A DNA stretch of 64,000 nucleotides from Candidatus Woesearchaeota archaeon. GTDB taxonomy: Archaea; Nanobdellota; Nanobdellia; Woesearchaeales; UBA10216. The stretch lies in the NCBI GenBank assembly GCA_016185705.1, contig JACPMZ010000003.1:74900-138899 (forward strand). Reading direction: 5' to 3'. Below, piece by piece: positions 46,751 through 55,543 of the stretch; positions within the stretch are counted from its first letter, which is position 1, and each line of letters begins with the position of its first letter. Under the pieces are notes generated by a model that saw only the letters and a list, made by a program, of their open reading frames with translations, was not told where the DNA came from and ran no database searches. Both the position numbers and the translations under genes were made by a program.

Positions 46751-47953
46751 ATGGTAAGCGTATGCTTTTATTTCCAGGTGCATCAGCCAGAGCGGATAAG
46801 AAAGTACTCTGTCTTTGAGGTCGGGAAGAGCGCTGACTATTTCTTCCATCAGAAGAACAGGGAAATAATAGAACGGGTTGCAAAGAAATGCTACCTGCCG
46901 GCAAACGCGATAATTCTGGAACAGCTGAAAAAGCATGGCAGGCTTAAAGTTGCCTATTCTTTCAGCGGCGTCGTGCTTGAGCAGCTGGAGAAATACGTTC
47001 CCGAAGCAATCAGCTCTTTCCAGAAGCTTGCAGACACAGGAAAGGTTGAAATACTCGACGAGACCTACTACCACTCGCTGGCATTCCTTTATTCAAAAAA
47101 AGAGTTTTTTGAGCAGGTGAGAATGCACAGGCGCAAAATAAGCGAGCTGTTCGGGCAAAAGCCAAAAGTGTTCAGGAATACTGAACTGACGTACAACAAT
47201 GAGCTGGCAGCGACAGCAGCAGAGATGGGATACAAGGCAGTGCTGGCAGAGGGAGCAGACCACATACTCGGCTGGAGAAGCCCGAATTTCGTCTATAAGC
47301 CGGTAACTGCAGACATAAAGCTGCTGCTCAAGAACTACCGGCTCTCAGACGACATAGCATTCAGGTTCAGCAACCATGACTGGAAGCACTGGCCCCTTAC
47401 CGCAGAAAAATTCGCGTCCTGGGTGAACAGCATAAACGGGAACGGAAACTGCGTAAACCTGTTCATGGACTATGAAACATTCGGCGAGCACCAGTGGCCT
47501 TCAACAGGCATATTCAATTTCCTGAGAGCAGTGCCAGGCGAAATACTAAAGCATCCGGACAACGATTTCAGGACGCCAACTGAGATTGCAGAATTCAAGC
47601 CAGTCGGAGAGCTTGACGTGCCATTCACAGTCTCGTGGGCTGACGTGGAGAGAGACCTGAGCGCGTGGACTGGAAACAAGATGCAGCAGGCCGCACTGCA
47701 GAAAATATATGAAATGGAAGCCGCAATAAGGGGAAGCGGCAGCAAAAAGCTTATTGAAAACTGGAGGAAGCTCCAGACATCAGACCACTTCTACTACATG
47801 TGCACCAAGTGGTTCAATGACGGAGACGTGCATAAGTATTTTAACCCCTACGACTCGCCGTATGATGCGTTCATAGCATACATGAACATAATAAGCGACA
47901 TCAAGCAAAAGCTTAAACCAATTGAGGAAGCAATACCAACAATAATGAGGTGA
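46751..47953 (+). CDS. glycoside hydrolase family 57 (alpha-amylase/alpha-glucan-processing)
   Basis: FQVHQPER (HQP motif) and GH57 N-terminal barrel signature. Confidence 0.8.
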   Translation: MVSVCFYFQVHQPERIRKYSVFEVGKSADYFFHQKNREIIERVAKKCYLPANAIILEQLKKHGRLKVAYSFSGVVLEQLEKYVPEAISSFQKLADTGKVEILDETYYHSLAFLYSKKEFFEQVRMHRRKISELFGQKPKVFRNTELTYNNELAATAAEMGYKAVLAEGADHILGWRSPNFVYKPVTADIKLLLKNYRLSDDIAFRFSNHDWKHWPLTAEKFASWVNSINGNGNCVNLFMDYETFGEHQWPSTGIFNFLRAVPGEILKHPDNDFRTPTEIAEFKPVGELDVPFTVSWADVERDLSAWTGNKMQQAALQKIYEMEAAIRGSGSKKLIENWRKLQTSDHFYYMCTKWFNDGDVHKYFNPYDSPYDAFIAYMNIISDIKQKLKPIEEAIPTIMR

Positions 47954-47957
47954 TTTT

Positions 47958-48281
47958 ATGGGAAATAGAAAGAATGAGGAGCCGGTCAGCAAAAACATTA
48001 CTGAACTGGCAATACTGAGGTTCATGGAAGCGCCGAGCGGCAAGCAGTTTGTGCTGAATGACGGACGTCTGCTGAAAAATATCAAGGAACTGGCTGATGC
48101 GCTTGAGCACATGAGCGATGACGTATTCAAGCATCATGTTGCTCCCGGAAAAAACGATTTCAGCATCTGGGTGAGCGAAGTGCTGCAGGAAAATGACTTG
48201 GCAGACGACTTGACTGCTGTTGACAATCAGTTAAAGGCGCAATTGGCGGTGCTGAAGCACATAGCCAAGAAAGCATTTTGA
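47958..48281 (+). CDS. paralog 1 of a three-member tandem family of small proteins with conserved F..HH(V/A)..G(K)NDF..WV core; function unknown
   Basis: FKHHVAPGKNDFSIWVSEV; 5-nt gap after GH57 gene. Confidence 0.55.
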   Translation: MGNRKNEEPVSKNITELAILRFMEAPSGKQFVLNDGRLLKNIKELADALEHMSDDVFKHHVAPGKNDFSIWVSEVLQENDLADDLTAVDNQLKAQLAVLKHIAKKAF

Positions 48282-48282
48282 G

Positions 48283-48597
48283 GTGAAAAAAATGAAAAAA
48301 GACAAAGCGAATGAAGCCAGAAAGCTTCTGAGCAACGTAGAGCACTGGAAGGCATTCTGGGTGAACAAGGGACCCATATACAGGAATATTGCGGAGTTTG
48401 GGGCCAAGGTGGGAAACCTGAAGCCAGCCCAATTTGCGCACCACGTAAACAAAAGCAAGAACGACTTTGCAAAATGGGTGGATGAGGCAATCGGAGACAA
48501 GGTGCTTGCGAAAAGGCTGCGCAGCCTGAAAACAAAGCAGGCAATAGCCAGAGTGGTATCAGAGCGGGTAAGCGCGCTGAAAAAGCTTGCAAAATGA
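48283..48597 (+). CDS. paralog 2 of tandem small-protein family
   Basis: FAHHVNKSKNDFAKWVDEAIGDKVLAKRL; starts 2 nt after paralog 1. Confidence 0.55.
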   Translation: MKKMKKDKANEARKLLSNVEHWKAFWVNKGPIYRNIAEFGAKVGNLKPAQFAHHVNKSKNDFAKWVDEAIGDKVLAKRLRSLKTKQAIARVVSERVSALKKLAK

Positions 48598-48950
48598 ACC
48601 TGAGGAACAACGTAAGCCCTGAACACAGGTTTTACTGCGCTGACGGCAGCACCTTCCAAAACCTGAACGAGCTTGCATCCGGGCTGAGAAAAATGCGGCC
48701 CGAAGTATTCCAGCACCACGCAAACGCAGGCAACAATGATTTCCGCAACTGGGTGCGGGATGTGTATGGCAACAAACAGCTTGCAGACCAGATTGCCCGG
48801 GCAAAACTCAGCCTGGAAGCATCGCAGATAATAGCCAGGAAGCTGAATACAACCGGGAAGCGGGCAAAGCGCGCAATGAAAAATGAAAGACTGCATAAAA
48901 AAATCCACAAACACATAATGCGGCTTATGAGCAAATACAGGAAAAAATAA
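48594..48950 (+). CDS. paralog 3 of tandem small-protein family with extra basic tail
   Basis: FQHHANAGNNDFRNWVRDVYGNKQLADQI; ATGA overlap with paralog 2. Confidence 0.55.
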   Translation: MNLRNNVSPEHRFYCADGSTFQNLNELASGLRKMRPEVFQHHANAGNNDFRNWVRDVYGNKQLADQIARAKLSLEASQIIARKLNTTGKRAKRAMKNERLHKKIHKHIMRLMSKYRKK

Positions 48951-50885
48951 TTACTCTTTCAGTTCCCGAATTACTTCTACAACACCCGCAGAACACGGAT
49001 TTTTGGTTACATGGTCTGCCACTGCCTTAAGCTCCTTATGCGCATTTGCCACCGCAATCCTGTAACCAGGAACATTAAAAAGATCCACGTCATTCTGCGC
49101 GTCACCCATTATGATAGTTTTCTCAGGGTCAATATTCAAGTGGTTTAAAGCCATCTTTGTTCCAGCACCCTTATCAACACCACTCGGCAAAATCATGAAT
49201 TCACCAACATTATATTTGTAAGCAAGATGCTTGCTCAAAGGCCTGAGAATCTTCCTGACCTTTGCACTCTCCTTCCGGGGAACGCTGATGATGTTGAGGC
49301 CTGAGGTATGCTTTATCCTGGCGCCGGCAATCAGCCTTGCAGCGCGCCTAACCGTATTTGAAGAAAAAGTAATGAGCTGGTCTTTGGCAGGAATGTAAAT
49401 AACTGCGCCATTCTCTGCAACAATGCACTTCCACACGGGATATTTCCTGTACAGCTTGTGGACATACCTGAAAGGCCTTCCTGTCACGAGCACCAAAGGA
49501 ACTTTGAGCGATTTCAACTCCGCAATGACCTTGGCATTGACTTTCCCGGGAGCGTCTGTAATTGTCCGGTCAAAATCGGTTATAAAAGCATTGACATCCT
49601 TCAGATTCATCATCCTGGGCCCCCAATCGCTTTTGCTGCCGAGAATCCTGTGGTAAAGCATAATGTGCTCCTCAACTATCCTGCTCATTGAGAATTTTTC
49701 CTGCACAATCCTCAAGCTTTCCTGCCCCATCCTCTCATTGAGAGAGCTGTTGGTGAGAAGCTTTACAATAGCGCCAGCAGTCTCCCTGATGTTATCCACG
49801 CCCACCAAAAACCCATTAACCCTGTCCTGTATCTGCAAAGGAATTCCGCCTGCATCAGTCCCGACAACCGGCTTTCCGCAAGCCATAGCCTCAGTAACCG
49901 CAAGCCCAAAGCCCTCAATCTTTGACGTCAAAGCAGCAACATCAGCACACGCATATACAGAAGGCAGCTCATCATATGGAATTGTTCCTGTAAAAACAAT
50001 ATGCTGCTGCAGCTTCAACTGCCTGATGAGAGTGTGCACAGCATCCTCATACTTCTTGCGGATATCGGACATCTTGCTTGTCAATGACCTGCCGCCAACA
50101 AAAACCAGCTTTGCATCCGGAACTTTCCTCAGGATATAGGGCATTGCCCTGATAAGCTGCTCATGGCCGCTTTTGATGTCAATCCGCTGCGCAGACAATA
50201 TTATTTTGCACCTTTCCAAACCAAATTTTCTCTTAAACTCCGGATTTGGCCTTGTGGGAACAAACAATTTTGTGTTGGCAAGAGGGTAAAGAAGAGCTGT
50301 CTTTTCCCTTGGAAGCCCTGCCTTAACAGCATTCCTGACATATTCCGGCGATGAAAAGACAACACAGTCGTATTCAACCATCTGGTTTATCAGGAATTCC
50401 TTCAAATGCCTGGGCATAGCGCTGATGAAAGGAATGTGCCACCTGAGAAACAACGGAGTTCCGCGGGGAATGCCCTTGTACAAATACAGCAACTGGAAGT
50501 CATGAATGTCAACAATCTCAGCAGGCTCCTTCTGCAAAAGCTCATCCAGCTGCTCGGCAATAGCTTCATTAATCTCCATGTATTCCCTGAAGCCGGGCAT
50601 GTCGATTGCTTCCCTGTCAAAGCCGCCAAAGCCGTGGCACGCATTCCAGACGCTTTCCTTGAATTTCACAAAGCCCTCTATAAGCTCATCCTTTAAAGGC
50701 TCTTTCGGAACCCGGTAAACATTTATGCCCTTAACCTCCTCAAACGCCTCAGCACCGGAAGGCCGCAGGTGAATCTCAGCAACCTCGTGGCCGCGCTTCT
50801 GCAGCTCCCGGCCAAGATTCAGAAGATAAGTGGAAACGCCCCCGATGTTCGGATAAAAAGACTGCGAAGCAAAAAATATTTTCAT
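48951..50885 (-). CDS. bifunctional-type GT4 glycosyltransferase fused to C-terminal HAD-IIB phosphatase domain (sucrose-phosphate-synthase-like / glycoside-compatible-solute synthase-phosphatase architecture)
   Basis: GT4 EGFGLAVTEAMACGKPVV; HAD motif I ITDFDRTITD and motif IV GDAQND in C-terminal 230 aa. Confidence 0.75.
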   Translation of the reverse strand: MKIFFASQSFYPNIGGVSTYLLNLGRELQKRGHEVAEIHLRPSGAEAFEEVKGINVYRVPKEPLKDELIEGFVKFKESVWNACHGFGGFDREAIDMPGFREYMEINEAIAEQLDELLQKEPAEIVDIHDFQLLYLYKGIPRGTPLFLRWHIPFISAMPRHLKEFLINQMVEYDCVVFSSPEYVRNAVKAGLPREKTALLYPLANTKLFVPTRPNPEFKRKFGLERCKIILSAQRIDIKSGHEQLIRAMPYILRKVPDAKLVFVGGRSLTSKMSDIRKKYEDAVHTLIRQLKLQQHIVFTGTIPYDELPSVYACADVAALTSKIEGFGLAVTEAMACGKPVVGTDAGGIPLQIQDRVNGFLVGVDNIRETAGAIVKLLTNSSLNERMGQESLRIVQEKFSMSRIVEEHIMLYHRILGSKSDWGPRMMNLKDVNAFITDFDRTITDAPGKVNAKVIAELKSLKVPLVLVTGRPFRYVHKLYRKYPVWKCIVAENGAVIYIPAKDQLITFSSNTVRRAARLIAGARIKHTSGLNIISVPRKESAKVRKILRPLSKHLAYKYNVGEFMILPSGVDKGAGTKMALNHLNIDPEKTIIMGDAQNDVDLFNVPGYRIAVANAHKELKAVADHVTKNPCSAGVVEVIRELKE

Positions 50886-51040
50886 GCTACCAGCTCAGAA
50901 AGACCCCGCTATCATTTACATCAATGATATTGATTAGCATGTTTTAAAGAAAAACTAAAGTTATAAATACTTTTCTGTTCAGCGAGCGCAGTAGAAATTC
51001 CTGCTCTTTATTCCTTCTGTCTTCGCAACAAAACCATTTC

Positions 51041-51176
51041 TCTCTGCGCCCTCCCCCTTCGAAAGTTAAGGGGGAGGAAATAGGGCGCAGTTGCAATCAA
51101 ACAGCAAACTATATGCGGGGGCAGATATGCGGCGTGCGCAGGCAGCGGGAACAAACACACTTAACTTAAAATTACC
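51041..51176. mobile_element. MITE-like copy E (reverse orientation): imperfect CCCTCCCCC hairpin 51044-51090 and right end gcgcaggcagcgggaacaaacacacttaacttaaaattacc
   Basis: homologous to copy D over hairpin-to-terminus segment. Confidence 0.5.
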
Positions 51177-51360
51177 ACAAAAAAGTGAGCTGTAAGGTTA
51201 GCGTCACCTGGCATCTGTTTAATTTGTAACTCTGAGCGTTTAGGACAAAACAGGTGGTTAGGTATGATTAGATTATCTGGTGGAAACTCACCACAGATTT
51301 AGTGCTTTCCCAACAAAGTAGAGTATCAAAATGATAATCAAGATACCAACCAAATCCGTT

Positions 51361-51615
51361 CTACCGTTTTTTGCCTTTGCCAAGCTTAAGCTCATCCAAT
51401 TCCCTCCAAATCTTCTTAAGTTCATTTTGCGTATTTATCTGCGCCTTTAATACTTTTATGTCATTCTCGTGTTCTTCTAAGTTAAGCCATAATGCTAAAA
51501 TTAAGGTCAAAATACCAATTACAAAAAAGGTTTGATTAGATATTTGCCCACCAAAAAAACTTACAGCGAATCCAATGACACCAAGAGCAATATCTCTCGA
51601 ATCCATACTTCCCAT
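51361..51615 (-). CDS. small 2-TM membrane protein with C-terminal coiled-coil
   Basis: IALGVIGFAVSFFGG...FFVIGILTLILALWL then charged helix. Confidence 0.4.
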   Translation of the reverse strand: MGSMDSRDIALGVIGFAVSFFGGQISNQTFFVIGILTLILALWLNLEEHENDIKVLKAQINTQNELKKIWRELDELKLGKGKKR

Positions 51616-51713
51616 AGGTTAAATAGCATTTTTATAGGTTTTCATTAGGTGACGTTTATTTTACAGCTCACAAAAAAGAAAAGTATAAAAACAGATAAAC
51701 CAGCAATTATGCC

Positions 51714-51884
51714 ATGACAAAGCCACCAAAAGGAGCTGTAACAGCACAGCAGTTTTTAAAAGCGTACCTGGCTATGGAACGGCCAACCACAACGCACCTG
51801 TTCTACACCAAAGGGGTGCTTGACTTTCTGGTGGGAATGATAATAGGAGTTGTTATAGGGATAATTGTTGCTAACTTTGTCTGA
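51714..51884 (+). CDS. possible 56-aa tail-anchored small membrane protein (below 60-aa ORF cutoff)
   Basis: MTKPPKGAVTAQQFLKAYLAMERP...GVLDFLVGMIIGVVIGIIVANFV. Confidence 0.3.
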   Translation: MTKPPKGAVTAQQFLKAYLAMERPTTTHLFYTKGVLDFLVGMIIGVVIGIIVANFV

Positions 51885-51914
51885 TTACAGAAATCTCTGA
51901 TGCGCTTGGTTCGG

Positions 51915-51965
51915 CTTCCTGCTTTCCCCCTTCCTGACAAATTAAGGGAGTGAGAAAGCAGGAAG
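51915..51965. repeat. hairpin of the family (cttcctgctttccccc TTCCTGACAAATTAA gggagtgagaaagcaggaag)
   Basis: 12-bp outer stem + degenerate core. Confidence 0.6.
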
Positions 51966-52031
51966 CAGCAATAAAAAGATTCAAATGCATGCGCAGACGC
52001 GAGGCAAGCCCCGCCGCACAGAGGGATACGC

Positions 52032-52328
52032 TCAAACCAGCACCAACAGCCCGGAACTACCGCAATAAAAATAAAATTTGTTTATGTTGCTAAAATACTT
52101 TCCCAGGCGCCTGAGCTGCTTCCTTGCCTTGATTATGCGGTGCGAGCACTTGACTTCATACACGTCAACGCTGCTGCCTTTTCTTGCTATAATGTCTGCT
52201 TCTCCAATCAGGCGCTTGTCGGAACGCACAGGGACATTTAGAGAAACCGAATCGTAATCTTCCTTAATGCGCTCGCACAATTCAATGACGTAGCGGTCGT
52301 GTTTGCTCAGTTTATTGGCAATCACCAA
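52032..52328 (-). CDS. small PD-(D/E)xK nuclease-fold-like protein (98 aa)
   Basis: GEADIIARKGSSVDVYEVK fits D-x(n)-E-x-K restriction-endonuclease-like core. Confidence 0.45.
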   Translation of the reverse strand: MVIANKLSKHDRYVIELCERIKEDYDSVSLNVPVRSDKRLIGEADIIARKGSSVDVYEVKCSHRIIKARKQLRRLGKYFSNINKFYFYCGSSGLLVLV

Positions 52329-52358
52329 AAAGCTTTATGGATGTCTGAATATTTAAAT

Positions 52359-52793
52359 TTAACTGAGCGGCGGTGTTGCGTTTACAACCCCATCAAGCTT
52401 GCTGATAAAAATATCGCTGGCTGGATTGATATTGCCTTTAAGGTTAGCCGGTAATATTCTGACTGCCTGATACTCCCCACCCGTAACATTTACGCCAATG
52501 ACCAGCTGCGTGAAATCTGCGCCTGTACTGGAAGTGTTGTAAAAAACAATATAGTACTGCCTTCCGTCAATAGCGCCTGGCGTTGAAAATATGCGGCTGT
52601 AGCCGTCCTGCGCATTAGCTGCCAGAACCAATTCCGCCTCAACAGCATCTGCCAAGTCCTCAGCAGACTGCCTGGTGCGGCCATCACTGACAATAATAAA
52701 GCGGTCTGACATAACTGAGAGGAAAGCGATAAGAAAAAGCGTCATAACAGCAATAATCATGGCTGTTTCATTGGCGCTCTGGGCATTCCTCAT
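52359..52793 (-). CDS. possible class III signal peptide (archaeal type IV pilin-like) protein
   Basis: N-terminus MRNAQSANETAMIIAVMTLFLIAFLSV resembles archaeal prepilin signal (charged residues, A/Q, then hydrophobic helix with early E). Confidence 0.45.
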   Translation of the reverse strand: MRNAQSANETAMIIAVMTLFLIAFLSVMSDRFIIVSDGRTRQSAEDLADAVEAELVLAANAQDGYSRIFSTPGAIDGRQYYIVFYNTSSTGADFTQLVIGVNVTGGEYQAVRILPANLKGNINPASDIFISKLDGVVNATPPLS

Positions 52794-52840
52794 AGCAGTT
52801 ATTCTGCTGTTATGGGTTTATAAAATTATGGAAGCGGGGG

Positions 52841-52982
52841 TAATTTCAAGTTAAGTGGCAAAACTGTCGCACACTGCTCTGATTTTTTTCTCCCCCCCCT
52901 TAAAAAATAAGGGGGGAGAAAAAAATCAGCCAGGCAGGCATCGGCAAGCTCAGGATTGCAGGACACACAACTTGACATTACC
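52841..52982. mobile_element. MITE-like element copy B (142 bp): TIRs (gg)taatttcaagtt / aacttgacattacc, central (C)8/(G)6 hairpin 52880-52929, flanked by 10-bp TSD ggaagcgggg (52831-52840 / 52983-52992)
   Basis: direct observation; ~90% identical to copy A. Confidence 0.8.
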
Positions 52983-53028
52983 GGAAGCGGGGCGCCATTG
53001 GAATGCTCATGCAAATTCGTGCCTTCAG

Positions 53029-53110
53029 CTTTCCTGATTTTCACCTCCCTAAATATTAAGGGAGGGGAAAACCAGGAAGAGCGGCGAGATAAAGGCAGCG
53101 TCTGAAACGC
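53029..53110. repeat. subfamily-2 hairpin copy (ttcctgattttcacctccc TAAATATTAA gggaggggaaaaccaggaagagcggcgagataaaggcagcg) immediately downstream of MITE copy B
   Basis: homologous to interior of 37645-37782 element. Confidence 0.6.
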
Positions 53111-53429
53111 GAAAATCAGGGCAGCGAAACGGCAGCGCCGAGACAGGGTTTAACAGTCAGAAGCATCAACCCCCCGAAAACCTATACTGGCAGCTTTTGA
53201 TATATATTCTGGCGTGCAGAAATATTTAAATAGTAGGGTAGTTTAAAAGTATAGAAGTTGTGTGTTTTGTTGGCGCAAAACACTTAATGAACATTGGCAC
53301 ATGCTTTTTGGCGAAAGCACGAATTCTAGAAGTAGCTATAACATAACTACTTTATAAAGATTTGGGTAGTGCAGTAGTTGTGTTCCGGCTTAAAAAAATA
53401 AAACAACAAAACCGCGGGGTGGCAATAAA

Positions 53430-54500
53430 ATGGAATTTATCGTGCAAGACGCTTTAAAAACAGCTGAGGAACAAGAACTAAAGTCATTTGTAGGGCAGGC
53501 CAACATAAAAGTGGCTGGTGTCGGAGGAGCAGGCAACAACATGGTAAGCTGGCTCCACAGAAAGGGCATTAAAGGAGCTGAGATAATAGCATGCAATACA
53601 GACAAGCAGCATCTTGACATCTGTCACGCTGACAAAAAATTCATAATCGGCAGGGAGCTGACACGAGGCCTGGGCTGCGGCGGCTTCCCTGAAAAAGGGG
53701 CAGAAGCAGCCAAGGAAACCATCCAGGAGATAAAGACAGCATTGGCAGGCGCTGACATGGTATTTGTATGCGCCGGCATGGGCGGAGGCACAGGAACAGG
53801 GGCAGCCCCTGTAGTTGCCAAGGTAGCAAAGGAAAATGACGCAATAGTGATAGGAACTGTTACCATGCCGTTCAAGATAGAGCGGGCGCGAATTGACAAA
53901 GCAGAATTCGGGCTGCAGCAGCTAAGGCAAGTTTCTGACACTGTCATTGTGATAGACAACAATCGCCTGGTGCAGATAGCAGGAAACCTGCCAATAGAGC
54001 AGGCTTTTGCAGTAGCCAATGAGCTTATTGCGACAATGATTAAAGGCATAGTGGAAACTATTGCGGTTCCATCGCTTGTCAACCTGGACTTCGCGGATGT
54101 CAAAGCAATAATGACAAACGGAGGCGTTGCAGCAATCGGAGTAGGAGCTTCTGACACCAACAACAAAGTTGAGGAAGCAGTGCAGGGAGCCCTAAGCAAC
54201 CCGCTGCTGGACATAAGCTACAAAGGGGCGGGCGGAGCGCTGATACATGTAAGCGGAGGACCTGACCTGACACTTGACGAAATCAACAGGATAGGAGAGC
54301 TGGTAACTGAAAGCCTGGATGATGATGCAAACGTCATCTGGGGAGCGAGAATAGTGGAGGAGATGAAGGGCAAAATAACCGTGATGACAATCATCACCGG
54401 AGTAACAAGCCCCTGGATACTCGGAAACCCAGCACGAGCAAAAAAAGTGCCGCAAAGAACAACAATCGACAACGACCTGGGCATAGAAATAGTATCATAA
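53430..54500 (+). CDS. ftsZ: cell division GTPase FtsZ
   Basis: GVGGAGNN, GLGCGG, tubulin signature GGGTGTGAAPVVA. Confidence 0.9.
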   Translation: MEFIVQDALKTAEEQELKSFVGQANIKVAGVGGAGNNMVSWLHRKGIKGAEIIACNTDKQHLDICHADKKFIIGRELTRGLGCGGFPEKGAEAAKETIQEIKTALAGADMVFVCAGMGGGTGTGAAPVVAKVAKENDAIVIGTVTMPFKIERARIDKAEFGLQQLRQVSDTVIVIDNNRLVQIAGNLPIEQAFAVANELIATMIKGIVETIAVPSLVNLDFADVKAIMTNGGVAAIGVGASDTNNKVEEAVQGALSNPLLDISYKGAGGALIHVSGGPDLTLDEINRIGELVTESLDDDANVIWGARIVEEMKGKITVMTIITGVTSPWILGNPARAKKVPQRTTIDNDLGIEIVS

Positions 54501-54602
54501 TCACCGATAAGGTGAATTTCTTTGCCTTCATTTTACCACCCCCAACAAGCAAAGTGAAGGCAAAAGTTGCCCTGCCTTCAAAAAGCGGGGCATTTTTTTA
54601 TT

Positions 54603-55094
54603 TTAATCAGAAAGAATTTCCTCTCTGGAAATTATGATAAGGTTATCCTTCAACTCCATCTCATCAATAAGCTGCTCAACCTGTGACTTACTAAGAATTT
54701 TACCTGCCCATAAATGCCTGAGAACTGAATTCAGAGAAATAACTGCAATGCCCTCCCTCTGACAAAAATTGATAATCTTTTTTTCATTAGTAACAACAGC
54801 AGCTTTTCTGCATTTGGCTATTGAAGCAGTATCTCGCTCACCACTACCGAAACTTTTTGGGAGAGTGCCCGCATATGCTGATTCGTTATCCGACATCTGC
54901 ACAACCCTGATTTTGCCTTTCGCAAATATAGAATATACAATTTTGGCATGGTCGTAACCCAACTCTTTTGCTTTCTTCACTTCACTTAGTACATTTGGAG
55001 AAACAACCAGATTGTCGCCCAGAGCTTCAAATAACAACCCCAATCTTCCGATTTTACCAAAAGTGGAAAGAATGTTAGTGTCAAGAAGAATCAT
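54603..55094 (-). CDS. PIN-domain protein (VapC-like toxin)
   Basis: MILLDTNIL start; acidic residues in PIN positions. Confidence 0.8.
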   Translation of the reverse strand: MILLDTNILSTFGKIGRLGLLFEALGDNLVVSPNVLSEVKKAKELGYDHAKIVYSIFAKGKIRVVQMSDNESAYAGTLPKSFGSGERDTASIAKCRKAAVVTNEKKIINFCQREGIAVISLNSVLRHLWAGKILSKSQVEQLIDEMELKDNLIIISREEILSD

Positions 55095-55432
55095 CCGCTC
55101 CTTCTCCTAATACGTAAAAGAGTTGCTCCTCTATTAATTTCCTCTTTGGATTGGGGAGAAACTTTTATACGAATCTTTCTGTCAACCAACACATCCTTAA
55201 ACTCCTCAAAATTCATACAAGCAATCTCAGCGGCCTTGCTCAGAGTAACTTCCCCCTTCTTATACATTTCAACAGCTGCCGCCAGCCTCAGGTGAGTGTT
55301 ACCTTCAAAAAGCGATCTCAATGCATCCCTAACAACCTCGGACTTATTGGAGTAATAACCCGCATCAATAACTGCCTCAATCTCATCGTCGTACATTTTT
55401 GGAATACTAAACGCACTTGGCATATTCATCAC
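55091..55432 (-). CDS. UPF0175-family putative antitoxin partner of the PIN protein
   Basis: AAAVEMYKKGEVTLSKAAEIACMNFEEF matches UPF0175 core; ATGA overlap with PIN gene. Confidence 0.6.
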   Translation of the reverse strand: MMNMPSAFSIPKMYDDEIEAVIDAGYYSNKSEVVRDALRSLFEGNTHLRLAAAVEMYKKGEVTLSKAAEIACMNFEEFKDVLVDRKIRIKVSPQSKEEINRGATLLRIRRRSG

Positions 55433-55543
55433 CTGCTATTGATAATAGTTGATAATATGTAATAACTCCTATAAATACTTTTCGCCCGCCTGCCTTCAAA
55501 AGCGGGGCATTTTTTATTTAATCTTCAAAAGAAATAACACCTA

